Shown here in pieces: positions 7,481-13,270 of a stretch of DNA of 13,270 bases. The notes beneath the pieces were generated by a model. It saw nothing but the letters and a program-made list of their open reading frames with translations. It was not told where the DNA came from and made no database searches. This DNA comes from Nanopusillaceae archaeon (GTDB lineage Archaea > Nanobdellota > Nanobdellia > Nanobdellales > Nanobdellaceae): positions 1-13,270 of the forward strand of contig JAWBIX010000009.1 of NCBI GenBank assembly GCA_038833255.1, given 5' to 3'. Positions within the stretch are counted from its first letter, which is position 1, and every line of letters starts with the position of its first letter. Position numbers and translations under genes: made by a program.

Positions 7481-8916
7481 TAACCTTTTATAACAGCAAT
7501 TGGCCTTAGTTTAACAACTATTTTAGAAATTCCTAAGTCATGCGTTACTCTTACTACCTCATCCACATTTTTATATGCTTCTGGAACTTCTTCTACTACC
7601 CCTTCTTTTGTTGTAGATTTTATAACAATTCCCTCTCTTTCAAATCTTCTTATAATTTCAGTATATGTATAAGTTCTTTTTGCTGCTGCTCTTGACATTG
7701 TCCTACCAGCTCCATGAGCTGAAGAACCAAAAGACAATTCCATAGAATTAATTCCAGCAACTAAAATATATGATGCTGTTCCCATTGATCCTGGTATTAA
7801 GACTGGTTGTCCTATTCTTCTGTATTTTTCTGGTAAATCTTCATGATTTTGTGGAAATGCTCTAGTAGCTCCTTTTCTATGAACTATAACTTTTTCTTTT
7901 TTTCCATTAATTATATGTGTTTCTATTTTTGCAATATTATGCGCTACATCATATATTGTAAATAATCCTAAATCTTCTGCAGAGGCTCTAAATATTTTTT
8001 CAAAAGACTTACGTATCCAATATGTAATTATTTGTCTATTAACCCAAGCAAAATTCGCTGCCGCAGCCATTGCTTTCCAATATCTTTGACCTTCTTCAGA
8101 ATTAAAGGGAGCATAAATCAACTCTCTATCTGGTAATGTTTTAACAATTTCTCTATATTTTTTCATAAATAGATCTATATAATCTGTAGCTATCTGATGT
8201 CCGAATCCTCTAGATCCTGTATGAATCATCACAGTAACTTGTCCTTCTTCTTCTATTCCTAAATATTTTGCCAATTCTAAATCAAAAATTTTATCAACAA
8301 CTTGTATTTCTAAGAAATGGTTCCCAGATCCTAATGTTCCAAATTGATCTAACCCTCTTCTTATCGCAAGATCTGAAACAGCATCTAAACTAGCATTTTC
8401 TAATTTTCCATACGATTCGACAGATTCTATATCTTCTTTCCAAGCATAGCCCTCCCTATATGTCCATTCTAAACCTTCCTCAACAGCCTCTTTAAATTGT
8501 CCTATTGATAGTTTTAAATGTCCTACCTCTCCAACTCCTGCTGGAACATTTTTAAAAATTTCTTCTACAATTTGTTTTAATTTATCCTTAACCTCTTTTT
8601 GATCTAAATTTGTTCTTAATATTCTAACACCACAGTTAATATCATATCCAATTCCTCCAGGAGAAATTATGCCTTCTTTCAAATCAAAAGCTGCAACTCC
8701 TCCAACAGGAAAGCCATATCCTTCATGACCATCTGGAAGAACAATCGCCCATTTTTTTATCCCTGGTAGTTTTGCAACATTTGTAGCTTGTATTAAAGTT
8801 TTGTCTTCTTTCATCTTTTCTAAAAGCTTATCTGAAGCATATATCCTAACTGGTACATTCATTTTCTCTCTCCTAGGAATTTCATATATATTTTCAGATA
8901 TTTTAATTATCTCCAT
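7480..8916 (-). CDS. rtcB: RtcB RNA 3'-phosphate ligase (tRNA-splicing ligase)
   Basis: 478 aa with the characteristic blocks GHEGYGFPVGGVAAF, GGIGYDINCGVR, LGSGNHFLE, IHTGSRGFGH and GSSAHGAGR (catalytic His region). Its stop TAA shares one base with the polB ATG (TAATG at 7478-7482). Confidence 0.95.
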   Translation of the reverse strand: MEIIKISENIYEIPRREKMNVPVRIYASDKLLEKMKEDKTLIQATNVAKLPGIKKWAIVLPDGHEGYGFPVGGVAAFDLKEGIISPGGIGYDINCGVRILRTNLDQKEVKDKLKQIVEEIFKNVPAGVGEVGHLKLSIGQFKEAVEEGLEWTYREGYAWKEDIESVESYGKLENASLDAVSDLAIRRGLDQFGTLGSGNHFLEIQVVDKIFDLELAKYLGIEEEGQVTVMIHTGSRGFGHQIATDYIDLFMKKYREIVKTLPDRELIYAPFNSEEGQRYWKAMAAAANFAWVNRQIITYWIRKSFEKIFRASAEDLGLFTIYDVAHNIAKIETHIINGKKEKVIVHRKGATRAFPQNHEDLPEKYRRIGQPVLIPGSMGTASYILVAGINSMELSFGSSAHGAGRTMSRAAAKRTYTYTEIIRRFEREGIVIKSTTKEGVVEEVPEAYKNVDEVVRVTHDLGISKIVVKLRPIAVIKG

Positions 8917-10051
8917 TATATATCTTTTCTAAAAATAAATATAAAACTAATATCAAAAAGAATAGGAATATAGAAAACAATAGAGAGGGTTTTATTCCCA
9001 TAATTCCTACAAATATAGAACCGCATACAGAAGCAAAGTTTCTAAAAAAAGAAACAAAACCATATTCGCTTTCTTTCTTTTTTAATATGTAGTCATCCAT
9101 ATAAAATGAAAATATTCCCCAAGAAACAGCAGCTAAAATATAAAATAAAAAAAGAATTAATAAATTATAAATACTTTTTTCTAGAATTAATAATAAGGAA
9201 ATTATTCCTATAAATCTTAGAACTATGCCATATAGTGATTTAAAGAATATTTCTTTTATTTTTTCATTTTTAGGTAATATATTGTAAGTTATTGCTAAAC
9301 TTAAATTATTTAAAAATAAAAATATTGGAAAGTACGTATTATATTGTGCAGAAATAGTTAATAGAGCTGTCCAATATATTGTGTACAAAACAACAGTCAC
9401 AAAATTTATTAAAGAAATTCTTGATGGTTTTCCTACAAATTTAAATAAAGTATCTTCTATTTTCATTAATATTTTTTCTGTAGTTGCTAGAAGACCGTAC
9501 TCTTCTAGAAAGTACCTAAAAACGGTTTTAAATACTTTCTTAAGATAAAATGAAAAAGTAAAGATAAAAAAAACAAAAGCTGTAATAAAGGATAGTACTA
9601 CAATGTTTTTAAAATCTAAATTCAAAAATAAAAAAATTTGAGCTACAAAAAAACCAAAAAGACCATACAAAGTAAAGTAATAATATAATTTCACATCCTT
9701 TCTAAATCTAATTAAAATAAAACTTACTGAAGATCCTATAAAATACATGAAAAAAACAGATAATAATAAATAAAAGAAATTTTCAGCATAATACAGAAAG
9801 AAAAAAGAAATTAAAATTGCTATAATTCCAATAAAATTGTATGATATATAATTTTTTTCATTTATTTCAACATATCCATAAAATAAAGATGCAAAAAGAA
9901 TTCCCACATTCATTAAAGCTAGAAAATAACTATAATAGACATCCATATATCCGAAATTTCTAATAGAATACAACATTAAAGAATATCCTAAGCTAGTAAA
10001 AAACGAATATATAAAAATTATTAACTTATCTTGCGAATTTTTAGGTTTCAT
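8903..10051 (-). CDS. polytopic membrane protein, probable MFS-type transporter (12 TM, 6+6)
   Basis: 382 aa. I count about 12 hydrophobic segments in two groups of six, separated by a charged loop (KKVFKTVFRYFLEEYGLLATTEKILMKIEDTLFKFVGKPSR), which matches the MFS layout. I saw no diagnostic signature motif. It overlaps rtcB by 14 nt and the upstream gene by 4 nt. Confidence 0.45.
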   Translation of the reverse strand: MKPKNSQDKLIIFIYSFFTSLGYSLMLYSIRNFGYMDVYYSYFLALMNVGILFASLFYGYVEINEKNYISYNFIGIIAILISFFFLYYAENFFYLLLSVFFMYFIGSSVSFILIRFRKDVKLYYYFTLYGLFGFFVAQIFLFLNLDFKNIVVLSFITAFVFFIFTFSFYLKKVFKTVFRYFLEEYGLLATTEKILMKIEDTLFKFVGKPSRISLINFVTVVLYTIYWTALLTISAQYNTYFPIFLFLNNLSLAITYNILPKNEKIKEIFFKSLYGIVLRFIGIISLLLILEKSIYNLLILFLFYILAAVSWGIFSFYMDDYILKKKESEYGFVSFFRNFASVCGSIFVGIMGIKPSLLFSIFLFFLILVLYLFLEKIYNGDN

Positions 10052-10647
10052 CTTTTTATTTTTTCTTTTATTTTCTCACCGTATGCTACACCAAAAAATA
10101 TTGCAATAAATATTACAATTCCGGAAAAAGAGATTAAAAAAATATATAAAAGTGCTTTGGATAATAACCCCAAATAATCTAATGTTATAATTACTGAAAT
10201 AAAGTATATTATTGAATATATAGGTACTCTTAATTCTTCAATCTCTTTTAGAAATGTAATTTTTGATAATAAATCGTCTAGAAATATTTTTGTAAAAAGA
10301 TGAACTATTATCAAAACTGTTGTCAATATTAGTAAAACAACTACTATATTTAATGCTAATTGTCCTACTTCAACCAAAGGGGTAATATTGCTATATATCA
10401 AAGCATAAGAAAAGAAAATAAGATATATAAAATCTTTTAATATATTTGAAGCAACAGTAGAAAAGTTTCCATAAAAAATCTTTATTTTTTTTATTTCCAA
10501 CCATTTATCAATACCTAAAACTTTGGAAAGAAAAGCTTTAAATATTATTTTAGCTATTCTTCCGAGTACATATCCTATAAAAATAATAAGAAAAATGTTG
10601 AATATTGATTTTGCATAATCAAACATAATTTCATATTGTAATTCCAT
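10048..10647 (-). CDS. small integral membrane protein (about 5 TM), possibly related to the conserved TM-helix repeats of MscS-like channel N-termini
   Basis: The ORF is about 199 aa. Segments such as IFLIIFIGYVLGRIAKIIFKAFLSKVLG resemble the TM helix followed by a basic amphipathic tail seen in mechanosensitive-channel N-terminal repeats, but there is no channel beta domain. The ORF track starts at TTG 10650. The next codon is ATG (10645-10647), which I prefer. An ATGA overlap links it to the downstream gene. Confidence 0.4.
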   Translation of the reverse strand: MELQYEIMFDYAKSIFNIFLIIFIGYVLGRIAKIIFKAFLSKVLGIDKWLEIKKIKIFYGNFSTVASNILKDFIYLIFFSYALIYSNITPLVEVGQLALNIVVVLLILTTVLIIVHLFTKIFLDDLLSKITFLKEIEELRVPIYSIIYFISVIITLDYLGLLSKALLYIFLISFSGIVIFIAIFFGVAYGEKIKEKIKR

Positions 10648-10650
10648 CAA

Positions 10651-10689
10651 AATAAATTATGCTTGTCAATTTTTTTAAAAATTTTTTAC
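10651..10689 (-). promoter_or_regulatory. tRNA-Gln 3' flank T-run plus TATA-like element for the downstream membrane-protein array
   Basis: On the - strand the tRNA is followed by GUAAAAAAUUUUUAAAAAAAUUG. The T5 run (complement of 10677-10681) is a plausible archaeal oligo-T terminator. The same TTTTTAAAAAAA lies about 25-35 nt upstream of ATG 10647, which fits a leaderless promoter. Confidence 0.3.
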
Positions 10690-10762
10690 TAGCCCCGCGG
10701 GGATTTGAACCCCGGTCTCGGGGACCAAAACCCCGCATCCTAGGCCGCTAGACGACGGGGCT
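10690..10762 (-). tRNA. tRNA-Gln (anticodon UUG)
   Basis: I folded the 73-nt cloverleaf by hand. Acceptor: AGCCCCG/CGGGGCU with discriminator A. D arm: GUCU-AGCGGCCUA-GGAU. Anticodon arm: CGGGG-UUUUGGU-CCCCG (anticodon UUG). Variable loop: 4 nt, AGAC. T arm: CGGGG-UUCAAAU-CCCCG. It has no intron and no encoded CCA. It is 67 percent GC (49 of 73). Confidence 0.9.
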
Positions 10763-10819
10763 ATAATATATTTTGTCTAAAAAGTTTTCTTAAATTTAAA
10801 ATTTAACAAATAATTAATA
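10763..10819. promoter_or_regulatory. divergent promoter spacer between tRNA-Gln and the AAA+ ATPase gene
   Basis: An AT-palindromic TTAAATTTAAAATTTA (10790-10805) lies 15-30 nt upstream of ATG 10820 and 28-43 nt upstream of the tRNA 5' end. It could serve as the TATA region for both units. Confidence 0.3.
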
Positions 10820-11833
10820 ATGAGTAGTGATCTACTATCTTTTTTTGGACTTAAAGATAATCCTTTTAAATTAGAAGTTATTTTAGAAACTTTTGTTGGT
10901 TATAAAGCTGAAAGAGAACAATTAATTAATGCTTTAAACAATAAAGAAAAACTTGTTTTTGTAAGTGGCCCTACCGGCGCTGGAAAGACAACATTATTAT
11001 TATGGGTATTCAACAATTATAACTATAAATATAAGATTTTCTTTTATAGGCCTTTTTCTAAAAAAGAAGAAATAGAAGAAATTGCTGAAAAGAGATTTTC
11101 AACATTTTTAGACAAAATCCTTAGAATTTTTTTAAAAAATAACCAAAGTATTTTAAATAAAAAACAAATTATTTTCTTTATAGATGAAGCTACTTTTCTA
11201 ACAGACGAAATGATAGAATATTTAAAAACTCTTGTAGATCACACAAAATCTTTATTTGTTATCGCTGGTTTGCCAGAATTAGAAGAAAAACTATTAAGGG
11301 AACATAGAACTTTTTATGAAAGAATTACAACAAAGATCTATCTTAAATCTTTAGATCCTGAAAGTGGAAAAAACCTAATTAAAAAAAGACTAGAATATGC
11401 AAATAATCCAAATTTATTTACTGATGATGCTATTGAAAGTATTTATAAAATGGCTGGCGGTTTTCCAAGAGAAATATTAAAAATATCTTATGAATGTTTG
11501 CTTTTAGCATATAAGTTGGGGAAAAAAGTTGTCGACATTGAAGTTGTAGAAAAGCTATATGAAGAGAAAAAACCACCAGAGACTATATTAAAACTTACAG
11601 AGAAACAAAGATATATTGCAGAAACTTTAGTAAAATATGGTCCAAAAACTGCAAATGAGCTATTAAAAATAATAAGAGAAAGATACAATGATATGAGCTT
11701 ACATGCCTTATCAAATATACTAAAGAGGATGGTAGAATCAGAATATTTAATAAGAACAAAAGTTAGAGGAAAATACGTATATGATATAACTCCACGTTTA
11801 AAAAACTATTTAATAAAAGAAATAATGAAGTGA
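10820..11833 (+). CDS. AAA+ ATPase (ExeA/AAA_22-like, Orc1/Cdc6-related fold) with C-terminal winged-helix DNA-binding domain
   Basis: 337 aa. N-terminal FFGLKDNPF (ExeA-type FGL..PF motif). Walker A: GPTGAGKTTLL. Walker B: IFFIDEATFL. Sensor/lid region: VIAGLPELEEKL ... GGFPREILKISYECLLLAY (compare G.PR.iN of ExeA or GDAR of Orc1). The C-terminal wHTH-like region is LTEKQRYIAETLVKYGPKTANELLKII...LSNILKRMVESEYLIRTKVRGKYVYDIT. Confidence 0.7.
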   Translation: MSSDLLSFFGLKDNPFKLEVILETFVGYKAEREQLINALNNKEKLVFVSGPTGAGKTTLLLWVFNNYNYKYKIFFYRPFSKKEEIEEIAEKRFSTFLDKILRIFLKNNQSILNKKQIIFFIDEATFLTDEMIEYLKTLVDHTKSLFVIAGLPELEEKLLREHRTFYERITTKIYLKSLDPESGKNLIKKRLEYANNPNLFTDDAIESIYKMAGGFPREILKISYECLLLAYKLGKKVVDIEVVEKLYEEKKPPETILKLTEKQRYIAETLVKYGPKTANELLKIIRERYNDMSLHALSNILKRMVESEYLIRTKVRGKYVYDITPRLKNYLIKEIMK

Positions 11834-11834
11834 C

Positions 11835-12446
11835 TTATTTATAATCTAGAGATATTTTTGATTCTGTAGCTCCATCTTCAAATAAATATTTAGATGTCTT
11901 TCTATCTTTATAAGAAATTTCTACTTCTTCATTTAATTCGTGAAAAATTATTTGAGCAATTTTAGTTAATGGATATAATTTTATTGGAAATTTATTAACA
12001 TTGTAAATTTCTAAAGTTAAATGTCCAGCATATCCAGGATCTATCCAGCCAGCAGATGTATGTACTAATATCCCTAATCTTCCAATCGAAGATCTTCCAT
12101 TTATCTGTGCTGCAATATTTTTCGGTAGTTCTATATATTCATAAACAGAAGCCAATATAAATTCTCCAGGATGAACAACTATTGGTATATTGTCTTTTTT
12201 AACAATATATAAATCAGAATATTCTCCATAATATATAACGTAATCTGAATCTTCCGATCTATATATTATGTCATCTTTATAATTTTTAATATCAATAGAT
12301 TCTTTATTTATATTCTTAAATACTCTAAATTTGAATCCTAATCTAACATCCAATGATGCTGGGCCAACTAAGGATTCTTCAAAAGGCTCTACAATAATTT
12401 TTTTATTTTTTATATACTCTTTTATCTTTTTATCAGATAGAATCAT
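11835..12446 (-). CDS. dcd: dCTP deaminase (archaeal type, possibly bifunctional dCTP deaminase/dUTPase)
   Basis: 203 aa. It begins MILSDKKIKEYI...VGPASLDVRLG and contains GEFILASVYEYIELPKNIAAQINGRSSIGRLGILVHTSAGWIDPGYAGHLTLEIYN and the C-terminal YKDRKTSKY. This is the classical Dcd/dUTPase-fold signature, with size and N-terminus like the methanococcal enzyme. Confidence 0.9.
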   Translation of the reverse strand: MILSDKKIKEYIKNKKIIVEPFEESLVGPASLDVRLGFKFRVFKNINKESIDIKNYKDDIIYRSEDSDYVIYYGEYSDLYIVKKDNIPIVVHPGEFILASVYEYIELPKNIAAQINGRSSIGRLGILVHTSAGWIDPGYAGHLTLEIYNVNKFPIKLYPLTKIAQIIFHELNEEVEISYKDRKTSKYLFEDGATESKISLDYK

Positions 12447-12487
12447 TAAATCTATTTATTTAAAAATTCTAATAAATCTTGTTTTCT
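12447..12487. promoter_or_regulatory. 41-nt divergent spacer with two interdigitated TATA-like boxes (dcd leftward, phosphoesterase rightward)
   Basis: TTTATTTAAAAA on + (12455-12466) is centred about 27 nt upstream of ATG 12488. TTTATTA on - (complement of 12470-12476) is centred about 27 nt upstream of the dcd ATG (12446). This is consistent with two leaderless mRNAs. Confidence 0.35.
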
Positions 12488-13024
12488 ATGAAGATTTTAG
12501 TGTTAGCTGACATTCACTATCCCAAATGCGATATTGAAAAAATATTTAACATAATTAAAAATGAAAATCCAGATGAAATTGTTTTGCTAGGAGATATAGC
12601 AGAAAATTTAGAATATTTTTATATTTTTATTGAAAAAATTAAAAGATTTACTAATAAAAATATAGTTATTGTTTGTGGTGATAACGAAAAGAAATATAAA
12701 ATAAACTGTAAAAAATATTATATAAAAAATAAAGTTTTATTTATGCATGGACATGATTTAAATATCATTAATGAATGGTTTACGAAATTAGTTGCTAAAA
12801 TTATTAAAAAAATTTCAAAAAGACTTTTACTAGAACTTTATTTTCTAAGATTTTTAAGATATAAAAAATTTAATATTAAAATAGTTTTAGGTCATTCTCA
12901 TTTAATTGGAAAATCAATTTTAACTCAAGCATATTCTATTGGTACTTTAACTACAAAACATTATTTTTTAGATAACGGTTTTGCAATAATTGAGAATGGA
13001 AAAATAATAATAAAAAAAATTTAA
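12488..13024 (+). CDS. small calcineurin-like metallophosphoesterase
   Basis: The ordered metallophosphoesterase motifs are present: LADIHYP (DxH), LLGDI (GD), CGDNE (GNH/E-like), MHGHD (H) and LGHSH (GHxH). The ORF track begins at TTG 12479 (MFSMKIL...). I prefer ATG 12488 (MKILVLADIH) because of the TATA spacing and the typical N-terminal beta-strand-DxH layout. Confidence 0.75.
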   Translation: MKILVLADIHYPKCDIEKIFNIIKNENPDEIVLLGDIAENLEYFYIFIEKIKRFTNKNIVIVCGDNEKKYKINCKKYYIKNKVLFMHGHDLNIINEWFTKLVAKIIKKISKRLLLELYFLRFLRYKKFNIKIVLGHSHLIGKSILTQAYSIGTLTTKHYFLDNGFAIIENGKIIIKKI

Positions 13025-13030
13025 TCTCCT

Positions 13031-13101
13031 TGGGGCCGCGGGGATTCGAACCCCGATCTCCGGGACCCGAACCCGGAAGCCTTCCACTAGCCTACGGCCC
13101 C
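13031..13101 (-). tRNA. tRNA-Pro (anticodon CGG)
   Basis: I folded the 71-nt cloverleaf by hand. Acceptor: GGGGCCG/CGGCCCC with discriminator A. D arm: GGCU-AGUGGAA-GGCU. Anticodon arm: CCGGG-UUCGGGU-CCCGG (anticodon CGG). Variable loop: AGAU. T arm: CGGGG-UUCGAAU-CCCCG. It has no intron and no encoded CCA. It is 70 percent GC (50 of 71). Confidence 0.9.
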
Positions 13102-13102
13102 C

Positions 13103-13270
13103 TCAGAATTTTTTAAATTTAGTAATCGTCTCTATTAAATCCACATGGCCTAAAAAAACTTGCCTACAACACATTTTTTCTATTTGCAACTCTTCAAATG
13201 CTTCTCTAGGACTTTTACCACTCTTTAACAACTCTTTATATTTAAACCATAAATGTCCTATTGGTTTTCC
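13103..13270 (-). CDS. rpoN: DNA-directed RNA polymerase subunit N (Rpo10/RpoN), 5' end outside the window
   Basis: Hand translation of the complement from 13270 gives GKPIGHLWFKYKELLKSGKSPREAFEELQIEKMCCRQVFLGHVDLIETITKFKKF, then a stop (TGA, complement of 13103-13105). This matches the Rpb10/RpoN pattern ..CG..IG..W..Y........L..L.i.RYCCRRM...HVDLIE. About 10 N-terminal residues, including the first CxxC, are beyond the window. It is not in the ORF track because it has no in-window start. Confidence 0.85.
   Translation of the reverse strand, partial: GKPIGHLWFKYKELLKSGKSPREAFEELQIEKMCCRQVFLGHVDLIETITKFKKF

Noticed and set aside
10690-10762. tRNA gene as an integration hotspot or mobile-element border; also split or intron-containing tRNAs
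   Set aside because: There is no integrase, no direct repeat of the tRNA 3' end and no compositional shift nearby. Both tRNAs fold as complete cloverleaves with standard 7-nt anticodon loops, so they are neither halves nor intron-bearing.
10651-10819. Replication origin next to the Orc1/Cdc6-like ATPase and near polB
   Set aside because: The flanking spacers are only 39 and 57 nt, with a tRNA between them. There is no room for ORB/mini-ORB repeat arrays or a duplex-unwinding element, and I saw no repeated 12-20-mers.
11421-11440. A CUGAUGAU string (11421-11428) inside the ATPase CDS as a second C/D sRNA
   Set aside because: There is no CUGA at about 12 nt downstream and no C'/D' pair. It lies in-frame in coding sequence (TDDA) and is not a GC island.
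11488-11688. The 66-aa - strand ORF inside the AAA+ ATPase gene
   Set aside because: It is antisense to the wHTH-encoding part of a well-supported CDS, has S/F-rich shadow composition and shows no motif.
1-13270. CRISPR arrays, tandem repeats, transposases, toxin-antitoxin or other defence modules
   Set aside because: I saw no regularly spaced direct repeats and no recognisable nuclease, integrase or transposase motifs in any ORF. Nearly every base is accounted for by housekeeping or hypothetical genes in tight arrays.

Overview
This is an extremely AT-rich archaeal chromosomal segment (roughly one quarter G+C by eye, not computed) with almost no intergenic space. I support 14 protein-coding genes, two intron-less tRNAs (Gln-UUG, Pro-CGG) and one C/D box sRNA. 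Two of the genes are cut by the window edges and are missing from the supplied ORF track. Most recognisable products are housekeeping or information-processing proteins: Pelota, an A24-type prepilin/preflagellin-peptidase-like membrane protein, a contiguous intein-free family B DNA polymerase, RtcB RNA ligase, dCTP deaminase, a small metallophosphoesterase, RNA polymerase subunit N (partial), and an ExeA/Orc1-like AAA+ ATPase fused to a winged helix. There are also two polytopic membrane proteins and four hypothetical proteins, two of which are long coiled coils. By my coordinates only about 320 nt (about 2.4 percent) lies outside genes. Genes overlap by 1, 4 and 14 nt, and convergent genes end 0-6 nt apart. 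The tRNAs are 67-70 percent GC with all-G:C stems in this AT-rich background. Together with the archaeal gene set and functionally scrambled, overlapping gene arrays, this suggests a thermophilic, reduced-genome archaeon (Nanoarchaeota/DPANN-like); that is an inference. I see no CRISPR array, transposase, integrase or recognisable defence system, so most of the window is ordinary. The items most worth a second look are: (1) the C/D box sRNA at 3039-3092; (2) an overlapping pair of uncharacterised coiled-coil genes directly downstream of polB, which may be a split gene; (3) tRNA-Pro starting 1 nt after the rpoN stop codon, so its promoter or processing signal must lie inside coding sequence; (4) the orphan AAA+/wHTH ATPase beside tRNA-Gln.
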